A stretch of 62,055 nt of DNA, filler included, from Sphacelaria rigidula (taxonomy: Eukaryota): the NCBI GenBank assembly GCA_964200075.2. It is 9 parts of 9 records of this genome, joined end to end, with 100 filler letters (N's around TTAATTAATTAA, not from the genome) between each part and the next. Parts side by side here need not be neighbours in the genome. Positions count along the whole stretch, not along the records: positions 48,346 to 55,150 come from CAXNAA020017992.1; positions 55,251 to 62,055 come from CAXNAA020017993.1; 7 more parts are not named here. One strand, 5' to 3'. Shown here in pieces: positions 48,942 through 61,995 of the stretch. The notes under the pieces were generated by a model. It did not search any database and was not told the origin of the DNA. It was given only the letters and a program-made list of their open reading frames with translations. Numbering within the stretch: position 1 is the stretch's first letter; each line of letters starts with the position of its first letter. The position numbers and the translations under genes are program-made.

Positions 48942-49051
48942 GGGTCAGAGTAGTCATGAGCGGGGTAGATCGTGACGAGGGGAGGAGGAAGAGAGCGTAC
49001 GAACGTGGCAGGGTTGCGGCGAAGGCGCTAAGGGAGTCGCGCGCCGCACAG
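48942..49051 (+). CDS. Isolated exon candidate (MSGVDRDEGRRKRAYERGRVAAKALRESRAAQ)
   Basis: Pyrimidine-rich acceptor TTCTCCCGTTCTCAG|, donor CAG|GTGAGG, GC-rich open frame; partner exons not identified. Confidence 0.45.
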
Positions 49052-50094
49052 GTGAGGCCATCGGCGAAGTTCTCATGTTCTGTTATGTCACCGTGAAGAA
49101 TTGAGTGATGCCGCGATACAAAAGCTCCCTACCGGGAGAATAGCTGGTTTGACGAGGCAAAATCTACATGTAAGTCGAAATGACAAAAGCCGAGCACACC
49201 CAGCAGGTGGGAAGTAACATGCTTGAGATCGTTTTGGCGAATGTCGTCCCTATGAGGAGTTTCATGAAGTCTGAAACCAACTATCATGCGCTTCATGGCC
49301 ATTTCCTTCGTGACTGTTTTAGGGCTGATTTCTGTGGGGGCTATCGCGGCATGACTCGGTGCTGGGAATGTATTTTCGAAGGGTTGGTCTCATGTCTGTG
49401 GAGATTCGTCGTCTTTTGTTGAATTTTACTCCACCGCATGTGCAACATTACAGTGCGCTGTTCATGCACTGGGCAGCAGGTGCATATTCCGTCATACTCT
49501 TCTGTTGAGATGGCGCTTCATCAAAAATCCATAGTCTGTATTCCGTAGAGTATGGCGACACGGGTGTGGGAAACGACCCCTTGCGGTCTGAACGTTATTT
49601 CCGGCGGATACCCTTTCGCACAAGTATATATTTATAGCGTCCCCATTTTAAAGCCATATTTCTCCCGTTACATTAACGTGAAGCAGTGAGTTTGCTTCTT
49701 GTACGGCCCCCTTACGTGAAACCATGTGGGAGTGGCCGGCCATGTATGTTTTTCTTCTTTTTTCCTCACCGGAACCGGTGTTAGATTTGTCTGGCGTTCG
49801 TCGTTGTCTGATCTTTTTTCATCCTTTTTTATCGTTGTTTTTAGTCTGTCTGTTCACTCTGTGTGTTCTGTTTTTTCTTCAAATCCACGTTTTCTGGGGT
49901 TTCCTGCGTTGAGTGTTTCCGTTTCCTTTGCTACGGGTACATCCATCTGGTGGCCAAAGCTGAAACCGTAGCGGGTCGTTTCATGTACGACAATACACCA
50001 ATCAGTCGAGTCAGTCAAGGAATTCTTGTTGAAAAATAATTGCAATCGTTCAACACAAATGTAGAGCTAGATATAATCACGTTGAATGGTTGCA

Positions 50095-50455
50095 TGTGTG
50101 TACTGTCATGTCATCTATTCTAGACGCCCGTCTACACCTTTCGGTATATGTGGATGTATCAGGCGGGGTCAAACAGGATTAAGATCAACACAGGAGTTTG
50201 TTTTGTTATTTTGTTCTAGTACCTACCTTCCTTCTGCGGTCCTTGCCTTTCTCTTTATCGCAAGAAGGGTTCAGCGATTCCTTTCACTCGTCGACCGCGA
50301 AGTCGAAGGTTGTATACCCACGACATACTCGCTCTCCACTGCTGGGCACTATGTGGGGAAATAATTCTGCAGCGGGTGACTACGCCGAGATTGGATTCCA
50401 CGTCCCAGCCGTCAGACGGTTTCGAGGTTCACCAACTGAGCCACCGAGGCGATCG
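50095..50455 (-). mobile_element. tRNA-headed SINE family A, near full length
   Basis: Minus-strand head TCGCCTCGGTGGCTCAGTTGG (A box) ... GGAATCCAATCTC (degenerate B box); body shared with three other copies. Confidence 0.8.
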
Positions 50456-52298
50456 GGTTCTCGTATTGGACGCCTGTAGATGTCTTCTGTTTCTATTCGA
50501 TGTCCCAAAAGAGAAATGAAGGATTTTATTGTACCCTCAAGTTTGGCCGTAAAACAAATTGTGACCGTCCACACTATTATGAATACTTGTGGAACGGCTG
50601 TTTTCAACCATGTTTTTTTCGTGGCCGAGATTGACGTGAACTGTCCTGAACTGGCTATTGTGGTGCACTGTACGAGTAACACTGTACCTGTACCATTGAA
50701 ACGGGTACACCACCGGGGCGCGGCGGTTAATGGACTGCTGGATTCGAATTCCGCCTTTTTTTTGTTTTTTGTTTTTTGGGCTCACTACAAGCCGATCCCC
50801 TTCCTCGGTACTAACCCACGGTCACGAGGGATCAACGTTTGGAATAAACACTGAGAGGATGTCGAGGATTTCCCAGTTTCGGGAAAGTTTTGCTAGCTAG
50901 TCATCCACCCCACGTTTGTCAGGGTGACCGAAGAGACTCTTGAACGCCTCCAATGTGGTGTATGTTCGAACCGTTTTGCCGACGTGATGCTCATGGCGTC
51001 GTCGTTGGTTCTCACAGAATTTGGATTGATGGATTGATTTTCGCACATTAACTAAAAATTGGTTAATTGCCGTGCAATTCCCTCCAACATGTACGCCGAG
51101 CCAAAAAAACATTTCGCATGACATACAGCCTTCTGAAACTTTCTATTATCACTTTCACGAAGCTACAGACACCCCCCGCCTATACCGTCCTGCGACGCTA
51201 CTCCCTGACGCCACGCTGTACACGAACGCCGGATCGCCCGATATCACACAGCACCGCATTGCTGTAACTAGCCGCAAAAAGAGGCCGGCGAGAAAGTCCG
51301 CTGTAAAACCCGTCGACTGGATCATGGTCGGTGTTCCACAGTGTTCGTATCACTGTGCTGCTACCGTGAAGGATCGTCGTTCACCTCAACCCTTATCCCG
51401 CGACCAAACCATCCCCCGCGTGTCGGCTTCCGCCCTGCACACGTTCCCCCCGTGCCGGCCCCACACACGCTTGGCATTGTGTACACACCCTTGCCTCATC
51501 GGCCTTTCTCTCAGGCGGCAGCAGCGGACCAAAGCCGTCTGTACAGGTCAAGGGCTCAGGCCGTCGCCATTACCTCGCGCAGGAGAAACAGCGCCGCTAC
51601 GGCCGCTACGGCCGCTACCACCTCCTCCACGTCGCGCAGAGCAAACTACAAAGCGGTCAGAGGTGGCCGAGACAGAGTTGGACGTTCTCGCCAGTCGATC
51701 ATGGCAGATGCTGTTGGACGGCAAGAGGTGCAGGAATTCTCCGTCGACAGGCCGGGGCCGTTAGTGGGTGTGGATGATGTGGATGGCGGTGGGGCACTCG
51801 TGCGGACTAGGTGGTCGGCGACTAGGTAGGCAATTTACAGGACAGTGCGTGTTTGTGACTGGATTGGGTGAGCTGGCACTGTGTTGCGCTCTCTGCATGT
51901 TTTTTCGTGTAGCCATGGGTTTGGAGTTGAACGTTCGCTGGAGATTTCTTTTGATTGAGGTGTGCCAACATGATTTGTTTCTCAACATGTGTAGAATGAC
52001 TCCGTTCAATCCAACCGGCGCGTGGCAATAGACATTTGAAGATTGGCATTTTTTCATTCCAGAGCATGTGTATCCATATCACGCGTTGTATAACTGACTA
52101 ACGTTTTCTTGGATGCATGTTGAATCACCCACACCTTCACGCGGCTCTCACGCGGTTGTCGTGGCTTTTGACAAGTCGTCTCATACAGAGAGAGCCAACG
52201 GTCCAGCACATTTTCCTCTCCAGGTGGGATGCCGCCTATCGTAACCATTCGCATTCAGACGCTGACGAGAACTTTCAATTTCCAAATCAGTCCAACCT

Positions 52299-52358
52299 GT
52301 CTCGAAAGGGATGCGTGGTCAACGGTCGAGCGACTAAGGCAAACAAAAAATTAGTACG
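52299..52358 (+). mobile_element. Diverged G-run-anchored element in poly(C)-tail orientation
   Basis: GTCTCGAAAGGGATGCGTGGTCAACGGTCGAGCGACTAAGGCAAAC...TAGTACG + C-rich tail. Confidence 0.8.
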
Positions 52359-54829
52359 CCCCCGCGTCCCCCCTCCCTCCCCCGCGTTCACACAAGCCGT
52401 GGCGGTGCTAGGGAGATAACACGTGGTCACCCACAAGAGGGGACGGCTGCTTTAGATCAGATACAGGCGAAGGCCGCTTAAGATGCCCTTGCAAAAGTAG
52501 CAAGTATGTGGCGCCTAACCGCGTCGAATCACTCTCGTGAGAGCAACGCTTCGTCCTGTCGAGGAAGCATGGTCAAAAGTCAGAGCCGTGGCGTTCCAAT
52601 CGTGATCGGTGCCCCCCGATCCCCCCGTCGGAAACGATCGACGTACAATCCGCACAGTCACGACATGTTAAGTCGCTTACAGTTGACACCCGGTAACTTG
52701 AGCTGTGGAGTGGCGTCGCAGCATGGTGTTGAATATCCTCGAAGCTAACTATTGATAGTCTGTAGCGAACCCGCATGAGGCGGCGTAACGACACCTCAAA
52801 ATCGCCCTTCATATCGCGGGTTATGTCGACAGCAGCAGAGCCTGTGTTTGTTACACCGCGAGTAATTGTGACGGGCCAAAAAAAACACCCACACGTTTGA
52901 TTGCAGGTGCATACGACTGTTAAGATGTTGTTCTTGAGCGATCTATAGTACCCCGACCGTACCAACATGACACTCGTGCGTACCTCTCGTGCCACATTGC
53001 TTGTGCTGCGTTGTCTGTTCTTGACGAGTAGGGCTCACGCGGATGAAAGGCTCCGTGTGGAGGGAGTGGATTTCATCCGACGGTGAGTGTTGTACTGCTG
53101 TGGGTTGTGGGAGCTCCTCTTGTTGTGTATGTGATGGGTTTGGGTTTATGTTTGTGAGTTTTCTTTTTCGATGCTTCCTCCCCCCCAGTGTATGTCGCCG
53201 CAACAGTGTAGTGGTGAAGAGTGTTGCGTTTTCGAACGAGTTCGTGCTACCCCGCCATTATTGTGGGCGTTCTTTGTGATGGACTCCGTCCTCTCCCCTC
53301 AAGCGTTCGCCGGGTACTGCACCACATGATATGTTTTTATTTCCCCAGAAAGTGAGGCTCTAGTACGTGATGGCCAGCCGCAGTAAAGGCCAGCCACTCC
53401 TGCGAAAACTGTTGTCTCTTGCTTGCAGAAAAAACAAGCTGAGACAGCGAAGAATTGCTACTGGCGGTTGGGCAGTTTTGCCCTGATGGGTCTTCAACAG
53501 ATGGGAGCTGAATTTTTGACAAGATATTTGTATCATCAACACGCGAAAAAGTAGCCGAAGGTACCAAAAAAAAAAAAAGTAACACAAGAGTAGTTTTTAA
53601 TTTGTGAAAGAAAAAAATGTCGTGACTCAGCAATATAAAAAATAAAAATAAAACATCGAATTCGCGCGTAAAAGGTCTTCGTAAACTCAAAGCAGAAGAA
53701 AATGTGCAGGAGGATACTTTGATTTTTTGTGACCCCGCTGCAGCCGGTTGTTTAACTGATTCGGGAGACTTCAGTCAGGGTGAATGGTCACGAGTTTAAA
53801 TCGCAACATACTGCCTTTTTTTCTTGCAGAATCTGGTTCAGTCGTTGAGGTCATATGTTGTGCAGTAGATGTTTTTCTAAAGCGGGAGAGGGTGTCATCA
53901 GCCGGTTGGTCTGCAGTTCATGGCGATATACCTTCATCGGGCTGATTCGGGAAGCTCAAAGTGTTTTCGTGTGCCAAAGGAATGAGAATTTCTTGTCTGG
54001 CCCAGCTCGTAGTCGTAAGTGATGAGATCTACTGTAGTCCACGAAGTATAGGGAGCGTTAAACCAATTTTTTAACGCCAAATAGACCAATACAAGGTGTT
54101 TCGTTATCAGGTTTACTCACCTCATCTTGTATTGCCATCATCCGTGATTCCTCACCAGGGAGCTAGAGGCGGACAGGAGAAGGAGGGAGAGGGCCAGTGC
54201 CCGAGCTGTGATGTCGGCGCTTAGTGACTACAATGTACAGCCTGCAGCTATACATGTATGTCCAAAATAATCCGATGGCGGACGCAAGCGTTCGCTTCTT
54301 TGCTGTCAAATCTGTCAACTGCAACAACTATTAAGCTGTTTTTCGCCGACCTATCGTTTTTTTGCAGCGTTTTAGTGGAATGTCAATGACCTGCGGGTAC
54401 TGAGTCCTTGTGTGGTTGATGCCACCTTACGGTTTTCGAGGTGTCGATATACGCCGAAGTATGTCACAGGCAAACTGGAGAATTTTCGATGGAAGATGAC
54501 AGTATTCATGTAGCACCTCGCGATGTCAAGACTTATCTGTTCCGACAGATGGAGCACACGATCTTTCGAACGGTAGTGTATCTGCGTTAGCTTTGTCGCC
54601 GGCGGAAAACAAGTTTGCGAGGGTGACGGCAGCTTGTAGAAACACGAGAAAGGAGCCAGTCCACTTGCTGTAGGCTGGAATGAAGGCTTCGATTCGTTTT
54701 GTGTGCCCGAAGGGCTATGCGCACCCGTTTGAGAAATGCTACCCTGACAGGTATAGACACGTTTCCAGAAAAATCTCGAGGCTTGTGAAGGTCAAGAAGG
54801 CTTTTCTGGCACGTTTGAGGCTTGTTGTA

Positions 54830-55020
54830 GAGTGTGTGTGTATGTGTGTGTTTATTCTCCTCCCATCTATTCTGGACGCCAGTCTACACCTTTCGGTGTA
54901 CGTGCGCGCATCAGCTGGGGTCACATAGGAAGGCCAACACAGGAGTATTTTTCTCATTTTATTTGTTCCAGTTCTCCACCTTCCTTCCTCAGTGCTCGCC
55001 TTTATTCTCATGGCGAGAAG
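54830..55020 (-). mobile_element. SINE family A, 3' half with CA-rich tail
   Basis: CATCTATTCTGGACGCCAGTCTACACCTTTCGGTGTA...GGGGTCACA.AGGAAGG; preceded on + by a TG-rich run. Confidence 0.7.
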
Positions 55021-56520
55021 AGTTTAAACAGTGTTTTCATGAGATTGAGAGTAGATGATACGATTGAAAGTGAAAAGCGGTCAATCAGTGAATTAATCGT
55101 TTCAGTTCCGAAATGCACTTTCACGAGGCCCAACATGCTTTCAGCAGTAGNNNNNNNNNNNNNNNNNNNNNNNNNNNNNNNNNNNNNNNNNNNNTTAATT
55201 AATTAANNNNNNNNNNNNNNNNNNNNNNNNNNNNNNNNNNNNNNNNNNNNGGTTTGGGGGTGTGGTTGGTTGCCTCGTCAGGGATGTGGTGTGGGGGGTG
55301 AGGGGGGGTGGGGGGGGGGGGGGGGGGTGATTTGATTTGATTGATTGATAGTCGCACGTTAACTGTTGGAAGGGAAAGGGATGATGCACGGGGATGTCGT
55401 GCTTGCTTTCCATGGACCAGGTACGTCCGACACGTGGAGTTCGTTACTCCTCAGGTATCCTTGATTGATATGGTATTGATATGGTAAGGTGTTGGTGTAG
55501 AATGCAACCGCTGAAACATGGCAATTTCGAACAGCTTTCAGAGTAGATATTGCGGTATGTACAATATATTCATGTTTCAGGTACGGAAGGAATCCACGGA
55601 CGGTGGGCACATTAATTTACATTACCCAGGGCGGTCGGTGTTTAGGCCCTGGCTTCGTTCTTGCTGAGGTGCCACGAGACGCGCGATATCTCCCGTTGAT
55701 AAACACTGGACAGGTCTCACGAAACAGCAACGCTGGGTTGTGAAGTGGACTGACTGAGGAGGGGCAAAAGGTTCCCCCACCTACCCTAGAAGAGTTACGA
55801 TAATCACCTGGACCGGGATGGGCAGTGACGATGTCCAAGCCGGACAGTCTTGGGCGTGTGAGTAGGCGTATTGGTAGAGAGAGATGGTACTCACATAGGA
55901 AAAAACCAAAATCCGATGTCTGGGGACTGACTAAACACACTATACTGGAAAATAAGAGGGCCTCATCGCCAATACCGCTGGAGCAGTACAACGTTCGCGT
56001 ACGTACGGTTGTTGTACACGGGAAGTATTCCTACTGTGATACGGCGTTGCGTTTCATCGATGCATGTTCTCTCGAAGACCTCTGTCGACTGACGCTTAGA
56101 CCGCCGAAGGCTTCCTGTTCCGAGAATACGGCTGGACAGTCCTGCGGGCATTTGGAGTATGACAATTCTATTCTTTGATGACCCTCCATGGCCCTCGGGT
56201 GCCGAATCAGACAGAAAGACAAACTCATTCATTTGGAGTACTGTATGGTAAAAAGAAATAATATATATATTCATGGCTCAGCGGACGGGTCCAAAATTTT
56301 GGGGCGCCTGTACAACATAGCACGATACGCGCAGTTTTGCTTGCCGAAGGGTCCATCTTCACAGTAGTTGCACTCCCAACACCCCCCGGATGCTGCGGAG
56401 ATCGCTCCTAACTCTGTGTTGTACTATTCTCGCTGTACCGACCGTGACACGGGGATGTTCACGCCGATGACCCGGCGGACTCAGCCCCTACTGCTTTCGT
56501 GTAGGTGTTGCGTTTTTCAT

Positions 56521-56792
56521 CATATAATAACAACTATGCCCAGGCCAACAAAGGACATTTTTTCTACTGTTTCCATGAAAGAGTTGTGTCTACCATCATA
56601 TAATAACAACTATCCCCAGGCCAAAAAAGGACATTTTTTCTACTGTTTCCTTGTAAGCGTTGTTTCTTTTATCATGTGCTAACAACTATGCCCATGCCAA
56701 TAGAGGATATTTTTCCTACTGTTTCCATGTAGGCGTTGTGTCTTTCATCATATAATAACATCTTTGCCCAGGCCAATAAAGGACATTTTTTC
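56521..56792. repeat. ~78-bp intronic minisatellite, about 4 units
   Basis: CATATAATAACAACTAT.CCCAGGCCAA.AAAGGACATTTTTT.CTACTGTTTCC repeated. Confidence 0.85.
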
Positions 56793-57143
56793 ATTTATGC
56801 ACTGGTATATTCGTTGATTGTCGCACACTAAAACGACTTGGTCTGCTTCGAGCTCAGCCATAGTCACAAGATACACGTGAGTAGCAAAGGCAAATGCACG
56901 GAAACATTCTCTAGAGGGATGGAACCTCGACGAGGAGGAAATATCGGAAAACAAATAAGGACAAAACCGAGTCGAGAATGAACACGAGAAGAAAGAATAG
57001 AGGAAGGTAAAGGAGCAAGCGAAGCAAGGAACGAGAGCAAGGATGGCTAGACACAGATTGTATCAGCAGTATCTCACCGATCCCGAGGCAGACAAGAGGT
57101 AGACAAAAAAACAAAGAAAAATGTGTGTCGCTGTTTTTTGCAG

Positions 57144-57302
57144 GAAGCTGCGGAGCAAAGAGCGGCCGAGGCGAGGGAAAGACGGGAAGCACAGCTCGCC
57201 AAGAAGTTTGCTGAGGAGATGGGCCTCGGGGCGGTAGGCGGCAATGTCGGATTGTTGAAGGCAACGGCCGGTCGACTACAGAGGAAAATGGCCGGCAACA
57301 GG
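57144..57302 (+). CDS. Exon of a MABP/beta-prism-like protein (helical, charged segment)
   Basis: TTTTTTGCAG| ... AGG|GTGAGC; 159 nt, phase 0-0; EAAEQRAAEARERREAQLAKKFAEEMG... Confidence 0.75.
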
Positions 57303-57444
57303 GTGAGCGTTCGTTGCTGTAGCACGATTTATCACGAGTTCGGAGTTCAGAGTTCACAACCTGTCACGGTCGGGTATCGGTGGTAATTGCCCCCTTTTGC
57401 GCCAGGTTAAGGCGCAAGTTCGGTCATCTTTCGGTGATTGTCTA

Positions 57445-57690
57445 TGGACAAGGAAATGATCGATGGCTGGTTGATCGGTTCGTTGGTCGGTTCGTTGATT
57501 GCCGTATACTACCTTATCCGCTACAAATCCCGCCGTGGTCACAGTAGACACAAGATAGACATGGACAAGGAAATGATCGATGGCTGGTTGATCGGTTCGT
57601 TGGTCGGTTCGTTGGTCGGTTCGTTGATTGCCGTACAGTACCTCATCCGCTACAAATCCCGCCGTGGTCACAGTAGACACAAGATAGACT
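57445..57690. repeat. Near-perfect ~117-129-bp tandem duplication with 12-bp subrepeats
   Basis: ATGGACAAGGAAATGATCGATGG...CACAGTAGACACAAGATAGAC occurs twice. Confidence 0.9.
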
Positions 57691-58403
57691 CACGCATGGT
57701 AAACCAATACGCGCACACTCGAGACACGGGAGGAAATATTCAGAAGAAAAAAGAAAGGAAATAAACCAACAGAGCGAACCAAACGTACGAAATATATAAC
57801 AATAGCTGTATTGATGTCGTACGCTGCAGTCGGTAACGACAAACTGGCGGTACCGTTGTCAATGATCGACACGATAAAATGTAGTATCGTGCCAGTTTGA
57901 TATGTCGGTAGTACGATAATACCGGTACCCATATCTTGTACAAGCCTGTCACATCCTAAGCCGGCGAGGTGAGGGCGGAGTAGGGAATGTTTGAATCTCG
58001 GCAGATGCAATCTTACGGGAATATTCTCAGGAATATCCCATTTCCATCATTGAAAACGCCACGGCGTGAATTACGAAGGAAATTTGACGGAAGATGAAGC
58101 GGTGAAGAAGCATACCGCGAAGAGCCAACGCCTGGCTCGTCCTGTATTGCAAGCTACCGTCCGAGTACAGTATCGTCATCATCCTATCGGACATGTTTTC
58201 ATGTTTTGAACTTCCTCCCGTGTGTAGTCAGTCTCTTTCTGCTGGTAGCTTACGGGGTATTGAAGATTTTGTTTCGTGCAGTGACATTTACGTAAACACC
58301 GTCGTTTGAATGCGAACACTGCCGAATGAATAGCTTGGTCTATTATCGCAATCTACGTGGCTCAATTTAGCATCATTATCCTTGAAAAATCACTCGTCCG
58401 CAG

Positions 58404-58556
58404 GAGGTGTACGGAGGTGCGTTCGACGACGAAAAAAAGGCGGTGGAGGCGGCCATCATAGCCAAACACAAGGCCAAACTGGGCAAGGTGGAGGCAATCA
58501 CCGGCTTCGCATTCACCGTGGGCACAGAAGAAACGGACGCATTCACTTCCAAGCAG
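58404..58556 (+). CDS. Exon of a MABP/beta-prism-like protein
   Basis: CCGCAG| ... CAG|GTGTGT; 153 nt; EVYGGAFDDEKKAVEAAII...EAITGFAFTVGTEETDAFTSKQ. Confidence 0.8.
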
Positions 58557-58655
58557 GTGTGTGATGCTGCTGTTGTTGTTGTTGTTGTCGTCGCCGTTGA
58601 TGATGATGATGATGGCGTTGACAACGCCTTTTTCGCTGTACTATTTTGTCGCCAG

Positions 58656-58810
58656 GCGAGGCTGGCATCGCAAGGCCTTCCTCACTACCGCAAGATGACG
58701 AAAGGCCTCGGTGGGAAAGAAGTCGTCTTCCTGTGGTTCACGAAGAGCCTTGACTCGCAGGAATTCATCACCGAGCTACAGGTCACGCATGCGGACGTCG
58801 GAAACGCTAG
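58656..58810 (+). CDS. Exon of a MABP/beta-prism-like protein
   Basis: CGCCAG| ... AG|GTACAG; HYRKMTKGLGGKEVVFLWFTK...FITELQV; ends in phase 2. Confidence 0.8.
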
Positions 58811-59656
58811 GTACAGTACCAGACCTAGTAAGTGTATATCTGATCGACTGAGTAATTGATTTGAGTGAGTGCCGATTCCTCGAGGGTCGCACATTGTCCG
58901 CTACGAATGTAGCTGTGGCCACCGGGTGGGCGCTCGAACCAAAAGACTGCCTATACTATCTAGAAAAACCTGGAGTGCCCGCATCTACGTGGCGGCCATC
59001 TACGCCTACGCCTACGTCTACGCTAATGCGCTTGATTCCATTCAACAGTATGAGCGACTTCTGCAGTCACCCCTTCCCCTTCAATGCCCCGGGTAGTTTG
59101 CTCGGGGGAACACACCTTTTTTCCTCATGATACAGTCAGTAAAATAGAATGTTGTACTTGCATATACTCTCGCAATAACCTTCGGAAGAAAGTCAAAAGG
59201 ATGCCCATGATTTTACGGGTGCAATTACCGCACACGTACAACAGGACAGAAAATCCATCGATCGACCATGCGCCGGGTTTCGTGTGCGCCGAACAGAATG
59301 ACGCTTCATCCGTCACAGATCAAATGTACTGCTTGTTGTATGCACCGAATAGATCATCATGCTCTGTCTCGTGCTGTTTGTGGATCTGGATCTTCGCAAC
59401 AAAGCATGTCGCTATTCGATGAACGCGACAAAATCGACCGATCGACGGAGGGCTCAGATGCAGACCTATTCCGGCAGGACCCTTCTGATATCATTCTGAT
59501 TATTTTCGTTTCTCCTTCTTGTCTCCGTCCTCGTATGGAGCTAGGAAGAAATTTTTATTCCGTGTTCAAATTTCCCCGACTACCCAAGCGCGTACCCATT
59601 CTGGCTTCGTTCCTTGCTGATTTGTTCATTGTGGGTTCGTACCGACGGCATCATAG

Positions 59657-59813
59657 GTACAAAAACCTGAAACCTCATGGCTATGTTTCATTCGGAAACA
59701 AAAAGTTGGTGGCTAAAGGGAGCGAGCAGCCGAGTATCCTGTTGTGGGGGAAGCGGGACCCGCATAGCAATGGCATTGCGGATGTGGACCTGTCGTACAA
59801 CCAGGCTGACGAG
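59657..59813 (+). CDS. Exon of a MABP/beta-prism-like protein
   Basis: CATAG|G completes the Arg codon; GYVSFGNKKL...SILLWGKRD...GIADVDLSY; donor GAG|GTTCGT. Confidence 0.8.
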
Positions 59814-60169
59814 GTTCGTGCGATAAAACAGTTTGAGACGTAGAGTTTTACCCTAAACAGACGAAAATGACCACAAGTCGTCATCGAAGACGTATAGTCT
59901 TTTCAGAAACAAAGGTCCTAGCAGGGCATAGCTCTGCGCGGTAGCTGTTTGACTGCGACTGTCTAGTGCTCCGCCATTTTATCTAGGATGCCGCTAAATC
60001 CTTGTCGATTCTATTTGGCATGTAGGTGATACCCGTTTATGATGCCGTTGAGTCAAGTGTACGCCTACCATGCCAATGCGAAGACATCTCGCGATTCTTT
60101 GGTTTCATCTACAGTATTCGACTGAAATCCCCCAAACGATTGAGCAGTCAAAAAGTAATCAACGAGCAG

Positions 60170-60565
60170 AGATGTCACGAGTAATGACTCCTCGTAAGTC
60201 AGGAGTCGCCGATTTTGCCCGTAAGCGCCCCCCGTCCGGTTTGACGGATGTACAGAGATTTTTGTTTTTTCCTCACACTTTGAACCCTTTGCCTTCCTCG
60301 GGATGAGTCCGTGGTCTCAAGGGATCAACCCATCTCTCCCCCGGTACGTGCTTTTCATTTTGGTGTCGCGGATTGGGCCAGCACTCCCGCACCGCGTCAA
60401 CTCACGTCACACGAACCCAGTCGACTATTTTGTTTCCTCGCGTTCTCACGCTTTCCCCGGTGGAAATTATACATAACGAAAAAAAAAATCGACGTATCGG
60501 GAATCGAACCCCGTTCTCTCCACCCTAACGGCTGTAGTTGGACCATTACACCACCGGGACGCGGC
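60170..60565 (-). mobile_element. tRNA-headed SINE family B (intronic)
   Basis: Minus-strand head GTCCCGGTGGTGTAATGG (A box) ... GGGGTTCGATTCCC (B box), then a T-run; no intact cloverleaf. Single copy here, so the 3' boundary is approximate. Confidence 0.6.
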
Positions 60566-61021
60566 GGCATATATTACAGCCATTGCAACTTACTTCTGCC
60601 AGACGCCAAACCTCCAGTAAACTTGGAAGTGTGATATCATGTCGAAGTATTCACTTATTCATGAACATTCGTTGGATTGATTGAATGTCGCACATGAAAT
60701 GATGCCCTTGAAATCCGACTGTGGCTACTGACATAGACATACCCTCGAGAACTAGAAACGGACACAGCCGCTGAAGAATCCTCGAGAAAGGATGGGGAGA
60801 AAGGTGGGAGCGAAAAAAACGAGAGAAGAGGATAATCGCAAAGAAAGCGACAGAACAAAGTACAAGAAACGAAAGGCACACAAATCCACACAGATGAAAA
60901 ATATACCATAAATCGGTTTGTTCCACGTCTCATATCATACACTGAGCGGAAGACCTTCACAGCGAGCGATACCCCGAAAAACTGTTTGCGTGATTTATTT
61001 TTTGGAAAAAATAATGCACAG

Positions 61022-61196
61022 AAAAAACTCTCGGATGTGGGCTTCAAGATGGTGCCCACGCCACTGTCAGACTTTGGCCTGCCCGACGTTCGACTGTGGT
61101 ACAGCTCGATAAAGAGGGGGGCGCACACCTTGCCTCCGGTGAAGGCAATACTGCACGAGCTAGGAGAGATCCGCAACATGCGCAAGCAAAACCCGG
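61022..61196 (+). CDS. Exon of a MABP/beta-prism-like protein
   Basis: GCACAG| KKLSDVGFKMVPTPLSDFGLPDVRLWYSS...; candidate donor G|GTGAGG at 61197 (frame stays open to 61381). Confidence 0.75.
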
Positions 61197-61995
61197 GTGA
61201 GGATGGCATGGGCGAGGCCTGCGGCGCAGCAGTCAACGTTCAAACACTAGACTCACTGACTCTTGAATTTTTGCATATGCTGGATATTTTCAAAACAAAA
61301 ATGTCGAATCGGTCAGGGTTAGTAGAAGAAACAGCAGTGCGTTCACGGGAAACATTCTACAACTTTGCGTCGCCGAGTTAATACGGAGCAAAACCTCGTT
61401 TGCGCGGGGCTGGGGGTGGTGTATTTTTGACCGAATTTGGGTTGAAAACACGTTTTCCGGGCCATAGCGGAAGGAATGGCTAAGAAGTATAACACCTTTA
61501 CCATCCAGCTATTCGTCATCATAACTGGGATTTGTTCAGTCGAGCGAAAGATTCGAAGGACCAGAATCTTGGGATGTCTGCCCGCAGGACCGCCGACGAG
61601 CCGTCAGTCCGTACGTCGTTGAATATGAAAATGATATTTACTTCTGCATTGTTGCCGAGTAGGCACGTCTCTCGATCCTTGGAAGTCGACATCATGTGAT
61701 CACGGTGACAAACCGCGGTAACCGAAAGGCTCGAAACTACTGTTTCCAGCCTATACTATTTCGACTGGATGTGAACCATAACACCGCATGCCTCTTGTTT
61801 TTGGCTGGCGTCTGGCAACCGGGTGTACCCCAGTAAGGATCGTTCTGAACGGCAGATTGCTTTTCTTCCCTATTATGTCTTCTCGTCACGCTTCTTTACC
61901 CCCTCCGCGGTTGTATATTTCGTCGTCGACACGAGTCCAAAGTCTCAAGGGGATGGAATCAACCCGATTCCCCCCCTCCCCCTCCCCCCTCCCCC

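Noticed and set aside
50480-51829. Overlapping ORFs, possibly a decayed transposase
   Set aside because: No catalytic motif identified; the GC-rich frames are open on both strands.
55831-55998. Possible first exon of the MABP-like gene
   Set aside because: Phase-compatible, but the donor is weak and the peptide gives no support.
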